From NCBI GenBank assembly GCA_022072515.1, contig JAJVHT010000069.1, positions 30,910-94,909 on the forward strand: 64,000 nucleotides of DNA, in the 5' to 3' direction. Numbering within the stretch: position 1 is the first letter of the stretch; every line of letters starts with the position of its first letter. Below, in pieces: positions 55,776 to 64,000 of the stretch. The notes beneath the pieces are model-generated. The model did no database searches. It was given only the letters and a program-made list of their open reading frames with translations, and was not told the origin of the DNA. Origin of the DNA: a bacterium (lineage in GTDB: Bacteria > Zhuqueibacterota > Zhuqueibacteria > Zhuqueibacterales > Zhuqueibacteraceae). A program made the translations under genes and the position numbers.

Positions 55776-56354
55776 TTATTTTACAACAGATTGCACCTTG
55801 GTCGCCTCGACGATTTTAAACGTCGTGCCCATCATCGTTACCGTCCGCTTAATCGGATCGATTTTTTCGACTTTTCCGACCGCCCGGATTTCATTCAACT
55901 CGTTCGGCTTGAAATCGGTTTCCTGCTGAATTTCTTCCGCCGAAAATGTACCGTCTTTCAAAAAGGTGCCCTCACACTCCACCAACATGCCTGTTTTCAG
56001 ATCAGCAAAACCTTTGAAGGTGCCTTCGGGACTTTCGTACTCGCTCTCCGCTGTGGCCAACACGGAAATACGTCCAATCGTAAATTGTTTTTTGGTCGGA
56101 CTGATCGTTTTCACCACCCCTTTCAACTCCCAATCATCATCCTGAAAATCACCGGTCAGAAATTTAACCTTCTTGGTGCTCAGAGAAAAATCCGATTGTA
56201 GAGTGCCTTCCAACTCCACCCATTGGCCGACCTTGATCGTTTTAAACAGATCCGCCGCTGACTTTTGCATACCCACCTGGGCGACGCCGGTGTTGACCAT
56301 GGCCAAAAACACGGCGGCGATAAGGGACGAGGTCCACTTCGTATTCGCTTTCAT
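55776..56354 (-). CDS. Secreted DUF5666-like beta-rich protein D3
   Basis: ATG 56354 is preceded by AAGGAG and gives signal peptide MKANTKWTSSLIAAVFLAMVNTGVAQV. Repeated units: IKVGQWVELEG, LKTGMLVECEG, VGKVEKIDPIKRTVTMMGTTFKIVEATKVQ. Confidence 0.6.
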   Translation of the reverse strand: MKANTKWTSSLIAAVFLAMVNTGVAQVGMQKSAADLFKTIKVGQWVELEGTLQSDFSLSTKKVKFLTGDFQDDDWELKGVVKTISPTKKQFTIGRISVLATAESEYESPEGTFKGFADLKTGMLVECEGTFLKDGTFSAEEIQQETDFKPNELNEIRAVGKVEKIDPIKRTVTMMGTTFKIVEATKVQSVVK

Positions 56355-56730
56355 AATAGACTCCTTGCAATAGATTTGATTGAATGCTTGGTTTGTTGAC
56401 AGCGGCTTTCTTATATTTTGCATTTCTAAAAGTCGCGTGCCAATTTTCCGGCCGAGTGACTAAACCAGAAACGGAAGCACTCACGGGTTCGCACAGTTAA
56501 AAGGGCAAATAGGAATTTTTAGGGTGACCAACTGCATGGTAAATATACGAATACTGCGGCTGACTTTGTGTCATGAACTTGTCCGGTGTTTGTAAAATCT
56601 ACGTCACAAAATCTATCGCTGTGCAACAAGAGATAGGGGGATAAGAGTGAGGCGGAGAGGTTGGCCCAAAATAAAAAGCGCAGAGCGGCGCGCCACAGCC
56701 CTGCGCTTATACAAAAATACCAAAAATTTA

Positions 56731-56843
56731 CATAACTATTCAGTACCGCCAGGGCGCTCAAATCTGCGTACAAAAATAAATTGGCGCGATATAACAAATC
56801 TCAAAAATAAGCGCCCGGGCGGTAAAATAGCTGAATAGTTACA
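56731..56843 (-). repeat. Palindromic ~110-nt repeat, copy 3 (inverted relative to copies 1 and 2)
   Basis: Its reverse complement aligns with copy 1, with only a handful of substitutions and one 1-nt indel by eye. It lies 377 nt upstream of the D3 start. Confidence 0.85.
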
Positions 56844-56937
56844 GATTTACCGCCTTAAAGGCTTTGCAAAGAAATACAAAATTCGACTTCCATAGTCGTC
56901 CACTGCATAGCAAAACATCAACGAATCAATACTGCTT

Positions 56938-57540
56938 TTAAGCAGCAACCGCAACGGCTTGCTGATGCGTGACATGCACGCCGTCGCTGCTGCTTTGAGC
57001 AAGTGGCGCCAAATAGCCCATTTCTTCCAGCTTGCGGACGATCTTCTGCGCGCTTTCAAGCGGCGATTCCTTCTCGGTTTCGCAAATCACTTCCGGATTC
57101 GTCGGCGGCTCATACGGATCGCTGACGCCGGTGAACTCTTTGATCTCGCCGGCCAGCGCTTTTTTGTACAAACCCTTGACGTCCCGCTGAATGCAGGTTT
57201 CGAGCGAGACTTTCACATAAACTTCGACAAAATCCTTAATAAGGGCGCGATTCTCGTCCCGAATATTTTTGTACGGTGAAATCGCCGCCGCAATGGCAAT
57301 GACGCCGTTGCGCGACAACAAATGACAAACGAAGCCGATCCGGCGAATATTTATATCGCGATCTTCCTTGGAAAATCCCAAACCTTTGCTCAAATTCGTG
57401 CGCACGACATCGCCATCGAGAACTTCAACTTTACTCCCACGGGTTTTTAACAACGGGACCAGATGTTCGGTGATCGTCGATTTCCCAGCGCCGGAAAGGC
57501 CGGTAAACCAAATGGTGCAACCGCGAGGTGAATGAGTCAT
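56938..57540 (-). CDS. cysC: Adenylyl-sulfate (APS) kinase
   Basis: [14 protein letters not shown]-loop and LDGDVVR. About 200 aa from ATG 57540 (GGGA 9 nt upstream). The track ORF extends to 57576. Confidence 0.9.
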   Translation of the reverse strand: MTHSPRGCTIWFTGLSGAGKSTITEHLVPLLKTRGSKVEVLDGDVVRTNLSKGLGFSKEDRDINIRRIGFVCHLLSRNGVIAIAAAISPYKNIRDENRALIKDFVEVYVKVSLETCIQRDVKGLYKKALAGEIKEFTGVSDPYEPPTNPEVICETEKESPLESAQKIVRKLEEMGYLAPLAQSSSDGVHVTHQQAVAVAA

Positions 57541-57616
57541 GATAGTATTCCCTTGAGTGTTATGTTTTAAAATCATAAGACGTAATGCATATTTTTATGC
57601 TTTACGTTATTAAGCT

Positions 57617-58786
57617 TTACGAATTACCATTACGCAAGCCTTTGATCAAAATCTCCACGACCTCGGCGCGGCTGAATTCAGGCGGAGGGGCTTCGCCGCG
57701 GCCGAGCATTTCCCGAACCTGGGTGCCGGAGAGTGACACTTGCTGCGCACTGTCATGCGGGCAGGTCTTGTTCGTCACCACCGCGCCGCATTTCTTGCAG
57801 AAAAATGAGTTCTCAAAATTCAACGTCGTGATGCCCAACTCTGCCGGCGTGAAGTTGGTAAACATTTTTTGCGCATCATAAGTGCCGTAATATTTGCCGA
57901 CGCCGGCATGATCGCGGCCAACGATGAAATGCGTGCAGCCATAATTCTTGCGGCACATCGCATGAAAAATCGCTTCGCGCGGGCCGGCATAGCGCATCGC
58001 CGCGGGAAACACGCTCAAGAGCACACGGTTGGCGGGATAATAATTTTTCAGCAGGGCGTGATAACTTTCCATGCGCAATTCTGCCGAAATATCATCGTTT
58101 TTGGTTTTGCCGACGAGCGGATGCAGCAAAAGGCCGTCGACGATTTCCATCGCGCATTTCTGAATATACTCGTGGGCGCGATGGACCGGGTTGCGTGTTT
58201 GAAAACCCACCACCGTGTTCCAGCCGCGCTCGGCAAAAATCTTGCGCGTCTCCGCCGGATCCCGGCGGTATTCAAGAAACGTGCTTTCCGGATGGCGATT
58301 GATCATCCACACCTCGCCGGCCAGGCAAACTTCGCCCTGGCCCATCACGCGCGCCACGCCGGGATGCGCCGTTTCTGCCGTGCGATAAACTTCCATCGCC
58401 TCGCGCGTTTTATTGTACTCGAATTTCTCCACCACCTGCATGACGCCGAGAATTGTGGCGCCGTTGCCGTTTTCCACCAGCGCAATTTCTTCATCGAGCC
58501 GGATGCCGGCGGCAACGTCTTTGGCAACCGGCAAAGTAATCGGCAGCGACCAGACGAGACCGTTGGCGAGCCGCATCGTTTCCACGACGCTGTGATAATC
58601 GGCTTGCGACATAAAGCCGGTGAGCGGGCTCATCGCGCCGTTGGCGATCATTTCGAGATCGGCGACGCCGACTTCAGAAAGCGGAATTTTTTTTGCATCG
58701 CGGGCGCGTTGTAACGCCGCTTCACGTTCTTCACCGCGCAGCATGCGATCCACCAATTTACCGCCGTGAGGTATGTTGAGGGACAT
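57617..58786 (-). CDS. sat: Sulfate adenylyltransferase (ATP sulfurylase)
   Basis: 389 aa. [12 protein letters not shown] and VGRDHAGVG motifs, with an N-terminal PUA-like region. Confidence 0.9.
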   Translation of the reverse strand: MSLNIPHGGKLVDRMLRGEEREAALQRARDAKKIPLSEVGVADLEMIANGAMSPLTGFMSQADYHSVVETMRLANGLVWSLPITLPVAKDVAAGIRLDEEIALVENGNGATILGVMQVVEKFEYNKTREAMEVYRTAETAHPGVARVMGQGEVCLAGEVWMINRHPESTFLEYRRDPAETRKIFAERGWNTVVGFQTRNPVHRAHEYIQKCAMEIVDGLLLHPLVGKTKNDDISAELRMESYHALLKNYYPANRVLLSVFPAAMRYAGPREAIFHAMCRKNYGCTHFIVGRDHAGVGKYYGTYDAQKMFTNFTPAELGITTLNFENSFFCKKCGAVVTNKTCPHDSAQQVSLSGTQVREMLGRGEAPPPEFSRAEVVEILIKGLRNGNS

Positions 58787-58985
58787 GATATAAATTTTCT
58801 CCAGACTATTTTATTAATGTAAAAACAGAGTTGTTGATGATTTTTATGACAACCCAAAAGTTATATTTACCGGCAATGCAAGGTTTTTGCGGGTTAAAAA
58901 AATGTCACCAGACCTGACCGCCGGAGCGCATAAAAAATTAAAACTTGCGTCGGGCAAAAATGTTTTATTTTTTTAACAACTGCCG

Positions 58986-59033
58986 CAAAATAAAAATCCC
59001 CAAGTCAATACCTCGACTCGGGGCAACTTGGGG
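58986..59033 (-). terminator. Candidate intrinsic terminator immediately after tRNA-CAU
   Basis: Minus-strand CCCCAAGU, a 20-nt loop, ACUUGGGG (8 bp), followed by AUUUUUAUUUUG. Confidence 0.55.
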
Positions 59034-59035
59034 CG

Positions 59036-59109
59036 TGGGCCCTGTAGGGCTCGAACCTACGACCAGCGGATTATGAGTCCGCGGCTCTAACCAACTGAGC
59101 TAAGGGCCC
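59036..59109 (-). tRNA. tRNA with CAU anticodon (Met by anticodon; features resemble lysidine-type tRNA-Ile2)
   Basis: The reverse complement GGGCCCTTAGCTCAGTTGGTTAGAGCCGCGGACTCATAATCCGCTGGTCGTAGGTTCGAGCCCTACAGGGCCCA folds as a 74-nt cloverleaf with anticodon loop CTCATAA. It is not an initiator: 1:72 is paired and the anticodon stem lacks GGG/CCC. C4-G69 and C5-G68 match E. coli ileX as I recall it. No encoded CCA. Confidence 0.9.
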
Positions 59110-59191
59110 TTTGGAAAGCAAAAAACAAATGGCAAACAGCAAAACACACTTGCCTTTTGCCGTTTGCTCTTTTCTTTTTGCTCTACTTTCG

Positions 59192-59264
59192 TGCGCCTAC
59201 CAGGAATCGAACCTGGAACCTTGTGATTAAGAGTCACCTGCTCTGCCAGTTGAGCTATAGGCGC
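59192..59264 (-). tRNA. tRNA-Lys (CUU)
   Basis: The reverse complement GCGCCTATAGCTCAACTGGCAGAGCAGGTGACTCTTAATCACAAGGTTCCAGGTTCGATTCCTGGTAGGCGCA gives a 73-nt cloverleaf with loop CTCTTAA. Confidence 0.9.
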
Positions 59265-59300
59265 TTGTTTTTTGCCTTTTTCTTTTTGCTGTTAAAGAAG

Positions 59301-59373
59301 TGAGCCTGGAGAGAATCGAACTCTCGGCCAACGGATTAAAAGTCCGCTGCTCTACCAGCTGAGCTACAGGCTC
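59301..59373 (-). tRNA. tRNA-Lys (UUU)
   Basis: The reverse complement GAGCCTGTAGCTCAGCTGGTAGAGCAGCGGACTTTTAATCCGTTGGCCGAGAGTTCGATTCTCTCCAGGCTCA gives a 73-nt cloverleaf with loop CTTTTAA. Confidence 0.9.
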
Positions 59374-59452
59374 GCCCGCTTTATCAATCGTTATTCAATT
59401 TCACAAGGCAGCTTTAAATATAAACAATTTACCCGACGCAGTCAATCAAAAT

Positions 59453-61222
59453 TTACGCCAATTTAATGCCCAGTTCGCGCAATTGTTTCTCGTCAACCGG
59501 CGACGGGGCGCCATCCATGAGCGACAGCGCCGCGTTGGTCTTTGGAAAAGCAATAACATCTCGAATGCTTTTCCGGCCGGCAAACAGCATCACCAGCCGG
59601 TCAAAGCCGAACGCAATTCCACCATGCGGCGGCGCGCCATACTCGAAGGCTTCGAGCAGAAAGCCGAATTTATTTTCCGCCTCGGCATCGCTGAGCTTGA
59701 GCAAATTAAACATCTTCTTCTGCAATTCCCGCTGATGAATTCGAATGCTGCCGCCGGCGATCTCAGTGCCGTTCAGCACCAGATCATAAGCTTTAGCGCG
59801 CACTTTTTCCGGCGCGGTGTCCACGAGCGCAATGTCTTCATCTTTTGGCGCGGTGAACGGATGATGCCGCGCCATCCAGCGCTTCTCTTCCTCATCAAAT
59901 TCCAGCAGCGGAAAATCGACGACCCACAAAAAATTGAACGAATTTTCCGGGATCAGCTTCTCCTCCTGGGCCAGCCGCAAACGCAAGGCGCCCAAAACTT
60001 TTTGCGCCTTTTCTTCTTCGTCGGCAACAAAGAGCAGCAAGTCCCCGGCCTTTGCCGGCCAGGCGGCATTGACTTTCCCGATCACGCCACTGGAGAAAAA
60101 TTTGGCGGCGCCACCTTCCCAGCCGCTCTCGGTGACTTTGAGCGTGACCAAACCCTTCGCGCCCATTTGGGTGGCGTACTGCGCGAGATCGTCGATTTGC
60201 TTGCGCGAATATTTCGCGCCGCCGGGCAAACAAAGCGCTTGCACAGTTTTGCCGCCGGTCACGGTTTCAACGAAAATTTTAAATTCGCTTTGTCCGGCCA
60301 ACGCCGTTACGTCGCGGATTTCCAAGCCAAACCGCAAATCCGGCTTGTCGCTGCCGAAGCGCGCCATGGCCTCGGCATAAGTCAGCCGCGGCAACGGCAG
60401 AGAAATTTTGCGGCCGAGAATATTTTGCATCATCTCGGCGGTAAGCCCTTCGACCAGCGCCATCACATCTTCCTGATCGACAAACGACATTTCGATATCG
60501 ATCTGGGTAAATTCCGGCTGGCGGTCGGCGCGTGTGTCTTCGTCCCGGAAACAACGCACGATTTGAAAATACCGATCCATGCCCGCGACCATGAGAATCT
60601 GCTTGTACATCTGCGGGCTTTGCGGCAGCGCATAAAAACTGCCCTTGTAAAGGCGGCTCGGCACCAAATAATCGCGCGCGCCTTCCGGCGTGCTGCGCAT
60701 CAGAATCGGCGTTTCAATATCGACAAAGCCGTGGCGGTCCAAATAGGCGCGGGTGGTTTTATACAATTCGTTGCGAATGAGCAAATTGCGCTGCATATCC
60801 GGCCGGCGCAAATCGAGATAGCGGTATTTCAAACGCAGCTCTTCCGCCGCTTCCACATAAGCGCTAACCTCGAATGGCGTCACTTTCGCGGGGTTGAGAA
60901 TTTTGAGTTCTTTTGCGGCGACTTCAATTTCACCGGTCGCAATATTTTTGTTAATCATGCCGGTGGGCCGCAACGCCACCTGCCCGCGCACCGCCACCAC
61001 AAATTCGTTGCGCAAGTCCTTGGCCTTTTGGTACATTTCTCCGGCTTCAGGATTGAACACGATCTGCGTTTTGCCATAACGATCCCGCAAATCAACAAAA
61101 AAAACGCCGCCGTGATCGCGCCAGCTATCCACCCACCCCATCAGGGTGACTTCCGCGCCGGCGTTTTCTTTTCTTAATGCCCCGCACGTGTGGCTGCGTT
61201 TCCAGTTGCCTAACTTTTCCAT
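59453..61222 (-). CDS. aspS: Aspartate--tRNA ligase
   Basis: 589 aa. N-terminal OB domain (VTLMGWVDSWRDHGGVFFVDLRDRYG), class II motifs (FRDEDTRADRQPEFTQID, GGIAFGFDRL) and a bacterial insertion domain. Confidence 0.95.
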   Translation of the reverse strand: MEKLGNWKRSHTCGALRKENAGAEVTLMGWVDSWRDHGGVFFVDLRDRYGKTQIVFNPEAGEMYQKAKDLRNEFVVAVRGQVALRPTGMINKNIATGEIEVAAKELKILNPAKVTPFEVSAYVEAAEELRLKYRYLDLRRPDMQRNLLIRNELYKTTRAYLDRHGFVDIETPILMRSTPEGARDYLVPSRLYKGSFYALPQSPQMYKQILMVAGMDRYFQIVRCFRDEDTRADRQPEFTQIDIEMSFVDQEDVMALVEGLTAEMMQNILGRKISLPLPRLTYAEAMARFGSDKPDLRFGLEIRDVTALAGQSEFKIFVETVTGGKTVQALCLPGGAKYSRKQIDDLAQYATQMGAKGLVTLKVTESGWEGGAAKFFSSGVIGKVNAAWPAKAGDLLLFVADEEEKAQKVLGALRLRLAQEEKLIPENSFNFLWVVDFPLLEFDEEEKRWMARHHPFTAPKDEDIALVDTAPEKVRAKAYDLVLNGTEIAGGSIRIHQRELQKKMFNLLKLSDAEAENKFGFLLEAFEYGAPPHGGIAFGFDRLVMLFAGRKSIRDVIAFPKTNAALSLMDGAPSPVDEKQLRELGIKLA

Positions 61223-61468
61223 ATCTTTTCCTTAAAAACATCCATTCGTAAAAGCGCCGTGGTTTTTTCTTTTTGCCGCAATGACGCCGTCATGCCAATC
61301 TCATCTTACTGCCAAATAAAAAAAATGCCGATCTCAAGATACGCCTCTGAGATGCGGCCGCGTTGCAATTTTTGCGATTAAAATTTGCAAGCCGATTTCC
61401 CGCCGTTACACAATTATAAAATCGGCATTTTTGCCCAAAAAGGCAAGCAGATTTTTGCCAACCAATCC

Positions 61469-61909
61469 CTATAACAGCGCCTGGACTTCTTCCTTGACCC
61501 GCATCGGATTGGCCACCTCGTCAAAAACCACTTCGGCGTCGTCGCTGGCAGCGCTGCTAAATTCCACGTCGCCAATACCCAAAAGGCGCTGCAGAATCGA
61601 CTGTTTGACATTGATGCTGCGTACGTCCTCAACGCGAATTGAGTTGACGCGGCGCGCCACCAAGCCATGCCGGCTTTCGACAATCTCCCCATCGAAGATG
61701 AATCGCGCGGCGTAATGCCGGTAGAGCATTATCGCACAGACCACGATAAAAGGCACGGCAAATATCAAGCTCACGCTGGCAAGAAAATCCGTCGAATTCG
61801 TTGACGAGTATGCTTCCAACAACGGCAGACAAGTCAACAAGAAAAGAACAATAGCGATGGTCATTAACCCCGATTGACTTCGCCAGGCGGGTCGCAAGAT
61901 ATAAGGCAT
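61469..61909 (-). CDS. Membrane protein with bacterial PH (bPH2, YdbS/YdbT-like) domain
   Basis: 146 aa. Two N-terminal TM helices, then IFDGEIVESRHGLVARRVNSIRVEDVRSINVKQSILQRLLGIGDVEF. GGAGGAG lies upstream of the ATG. Confidence 0.7.
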   Translation of the reverse strand: MPYILRPAWRSQSGLMTIAIVLFLLTCLPLLEAYSSTNSTDFLASVSLIFAVPFIVVCAIMLYRHYAARFIFDGEIVESRHGLVARRVNSIRVEDVRSINVKQSILQRLLGIGDVEFSSAASDDAEVVFDEVANPMRVKEEVQALL

Positions 61910-62075
61910 GCTCTCCTCCTCTCAGCCAAAAACTCACTTTTTAGGAGATCACTTTTCTGGGATAACAGCACCATGTTTAATTTAGTCAGATCGTGGCATC
62001 CTGTCAATAACAATTTTATGCGGCGCCCCCGACTCGCTTTCGCGGAATGACGGAATAGGTGGCAATGGAAAAAAG

Positions 62076-62924
62076 CTATGGCGTTGACAACAGTTCCAAC
62101 ACCGCTTCGTTCCATCCCGCCGGGCCAGGTTTTGTGGTGAGCTTGGCCTTAACCTGCGCCAGAACATTCTCGTCAATCGCGCCATTTTTCTTGCGAACTA
62201 AAATCGGCACGTCAACCGTTTGCAGCAGCGGCAAATCATTCAGGCTATCGCCGAGGCCGGCCGTGCAAATGGATTGTTGTAAGGCGGCTTGATAAAGCTC
62301 AATGAGCCGGCGCGCGGCCACACCCTTGTCGCTGTCGCCGGTGAGATGGAAGAATCTCCCGCCGCGTGTCACGCGCAAGCCTTTGCGCCAAGCTTCGACT
62401 TGCAGCCGTTTGACCTCATCTTCATCAAAATCACGATTGATGAAAAACGGTTCGTCCGCGTCGCGCATTTTTGCCAGACGCGCTTGCGCGAATGTCAAAT
62501 CGGTTCGTGCAGCGATTTGCTCAACCGTTAAATCGCCGAAGCCGGTGAGCGGCAGATCGGCGCGCTCAGCAATCTCGACGAGCGCGGCGCGCAAGATCGA
62601 ATAACCCGCGCCGGTGAGAATCAGATGATGTTCATCCCGATCCGCGGCAGTCGCCACTGGCTGATCAAAATAATTTTGGGGAATGAAAAGCGCGCCGCCA
62701 TTCTCCGCAACAAAAGGATGAACGAGATTGAGCCTTTTGCACCAATATTGCATTTCGGCGAAAGTTTTGGAGGAGCATAAAATCAGCGGCACTTGCGCAG
62801 CTCGCAAGGCTTTCAGCGCTGGCAACGCTGGAGAAAAATCGTAGGTGTCGTGATCGAGTAGCGTGCCGTCGAGATCGGTAAAAATTAACAGACGTGAGAT
62901 TGTCGGTGTATTCGTTAGCGTCAT
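62076..62924 (-). CDS. HAD-IIB phosphatase, mannosyl-/glucosyl-3-phosphoglycerate phosphatase (MpgP/YedP)-like
   Basis: 282 aa. LIFTDLDGTLLDHDTYDFSPALPALKAL...LILCSSKTFAEM and GLGDSLNDLPLL. Confidence 0.7.
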   Translation of the reverse strand: MTLTNTPTISRLLIFTDLDGTLLDHDTYDFSPALPALKALRAAQVPLILCSSKTFAEMQYWCKRLNLVHPFVAENGGALFIPQNYFDQPVATAADRDEHHLILTGAGYSILRAALVEIAERADLPLTGFGDLTVEQIAARTDLTFAQARLAKMRDADEPFFINRDFDEDEVKRLQVEAWRKGLRVTRGGRFFHLTGDSDKGVAARRLIELYQAALQQSICTAGLGDSLNDLPLLQTVDVPILVRKKNGAIDENVLAQVKAKLTTKPGPAGWNEAVLELLSTP

Positions 62925-62988
62925 CCGTTGCTTGGTCTACAAACTTTTTTTTAAATCGAATACAAGTGAGAGCAAAATCGTATGGCAC

Positions 62989-63708
62989 TTACAAATGCGC
63001 TATTTCATCCAATTCCGGCTCACGTTTTGGCTTTTGTTTGTTTTTGCCAAAGCGGCGCTCGAGCATGTCGCGCGCCAAATCACGGCCGCCGAGGCCAAAG
63101 GCCAAGGCCACCGCCAACACGGCGCCGCCAAAGAGAATTGAAAACGTGGCGACGACAATGCCCTGGCCGATGCCGGCTTGCTCCAGCGCAATGGCCAAGA
63201 AGAAAACGAAGACCAGCGCTTGCGCCGCCATCGCCAGGGCGCGGGCGAATTGCAAATTGGCATTAACCGCCGCGATCAGCACGGTGCGGTTGACAAAGGC
63301 GCTCAGCAAATGGCCGGCAAAAAGAATGAGCAGCGCGGCCGCCAGCCGCGGCAAGTAAACAAAAAGCTGCGCGATGAACGCATCAATTGCCGGCGACTCC
63401 AGCGCGTGCAATCCCAGCAATAAAAAAACGAAAAAGAGCAGATAATAAACCGCGCGACTGAAAAGCTCGGTTGGCGTCAGGCGCACACCCGCACGTCTCA
63501 GCACTTCGCCAAAGCCCAGGCGATGCGCGAAGCGGTCGAAATGGATCAGGCGCAAAAAACCATGCAGCGCCCAACGCACCATCCGGCCCAAAAGCCAGCC
63601 GCTGAGCAGGATCAACAGCATGATAATAATGTTATCCATCATGCCGTAGAAATCTTGCCACAGTTTCTGCAGCGGCGTCCACAAAACATCATTGAAAAAT
63701 TTTTTCAT
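62989..63708 (-). CDS. Membrane protein with conserved-TM-helix repeats (MscS N-terminal-like)
   Basis: 239 aa. Four to five TM segments, with repeated LPRLAAALLILFAGHLLS-type helices. GAGGTG lies upstream of the ATG. Confidence 0.5.
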   Translation of the reverse strand: MKKFFNDVLWTPLQKLWQDFYGMMDNIIIMLLILLSGWLLGRMVRWALHGFLRLIHFDRFAHRLGFGEVLRRAGVRLTPTELFSRAVYYLLFFVFLLLGLHALESPAIDAFIAQLFVYLPRLAAALLILFAGHLLSAFVNRTVLIAAVNANLQFARALAMAAQALVFVFFLAIALEQAGIGQGIVVATFSILFGGAVLAVALAFGLGGRDLARDMLERRFGKNKQKPKREPELDEIAHL

Positions 63709-63798
63709 TTTTCACCTCGACCACAAATAAAGCAGCAACCACGTTCGGAAAATTTTAACTTTTGGCGTAAGCAACCAAGAAATCCGTCAACGTCGGTT

Positions 63799-63999
63799 TC
63801 ACTTTGCTACCCACCGGCGCAACAACTCCGGCTTGAATTTTTCATAAACCCGGCACAAATTTTCAATCCGGGCTTCGACCTCCTCGGCCGAGCTTTCCAG
63901 CATTTCCAAAACAAAAGCAGCGGTGCGGCCGAGGTAAAGGGGAATCAACGAGCGGAGCAAATGCTCGTAAGGCAGGCGACGATGATGATGCGCCAGCAC
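63799..63999 (-). CDS. C-terminal fragment of an unidentified protein (N-terminus beyond window edge)
   Basis: The reading frame is open to the window edge. Only ~66 C-terminal residues are visible (…LIPLYLGRTAAFVLEMLESSAEEVEARIENLCRVYEKFKPELLRRWVAK). That is not enough to name a family. Confidence 0.4.
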   Translation of the reverse strand: MLAHHHRRLPYEHLLRSLIPLYLGRTAAFVLEMLESSAEEVEARIENLCRVYEKFKPELLRRWVAK

Positions 64000-64000
64000 G

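Noticed and set aside
59036-59109. The tRNA-CAU, considered as the initiator tRNA-fMet.
   Set aside because: Positions 1:72 are base-paired, and the anticodon stem (GCGGA/TCCGC) lacks the three consecutive G-C pairs of initiators. An elongator Met or lysidine-type Ile2 tRNA is more likely.
61311-61353. A hairpin ATCTCA/TGAGAT followed by T8 on the minus strand, between the PH-domain gene and aspS, considered as a terminator.
   Set aside because: The stem is only 6 bp, AT-rich, and has an 11-nt loop. That is too weak to annotate.
1-64000. CRISPR arrays, rRNA genes, IS elements or transposases, integrases, prophage or toxin-antitoxin modules.
   Set aside because: I found no regularly spaced direct repeats, no rRNA-like sequence, and no DDE, tyrosine- or serine-recombinase or phage structural motifs among the translated ORFs.

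Overview
Bacterial chromosomal window. Every gene I can support (about 50 CDS and 3 tRNAs) lies on the minus strand; the long plus-strand ORFs in the supplied track are antisense shadows of these genes.

The right end (59.0-64.0 kb) is housekeeping: aspS, tRNA-CAU, two tRNA-Lys, a bPH-domain membrane protein, an MpgP-type HAD phosphatase and a TM-helix-repeat membrane protein.

Left of the tRNAs runs a ~59-kb co-directional accessory super-locus. In transcription order it holds:
- PAPS synthesis (sat, cysC).
- A secreted DUF5666-like protein bracketed by two inverted copies of a ~110-nt palindromic repeat.
- A TolC/MFP/MacB-type efflux system.
- Three GT-B glycosyltransferases.
- Six kinase-fold (APH/CotS-like) paralogs, interleaved with two cytoplasmic DUF5666-like proteins, a pair of MsbA-type ABC half-transporters and another GT-B enzyme.
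- Two secreted enzymes with T9SS-type C-terminal sorting domains (a metallophosphoesterase and a trypsin-like protease).
- Carrier-protein chemistry: an MbtH-fusion protein, a type II thioesterase, one NRPS module (remnant-C/A/T), an SHMT paralog, two GT2, four sulfotransferases, an O-methyltransferase, a DltA-like adenylating enzyme, a CPA2 antiporter, two flavin-dependent halogenases and an acyl-CoA-dehydrogenase-like flavoprotein.
- Three tandem MBOAT-SGNH fusion acyltransferases around a DltC-like carrier protein. The third runs off the left edge and is missing from the ORF track.

Two parts look most likely to be undescribed biology:
1. The six-paralog kinase-fold array. Four members have a duplicated N-lobe and a systematically substituted catalytic Asp.
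2. A Dlt-like carrier-protein to MBOAT-SGNH export route. It is genetically wired to halogenases, a dehydrogenase and an NRPS loading module, but to no functional condensation, ketosynthase or type I thioesterase domain.

No rRNA, CRISPR array, transposase, integrase or phage gene was recognised. The T9SS sorting domains suggest an FCB-superphylum-like host (inference). AAGGAG-type Shine-Dalgarno sites precede many starts. All homology calls come from motif recognition by eye, not from database searches. Several ORF-track starts are TTG codons, and I moved those to better-supported ATGs where noted.
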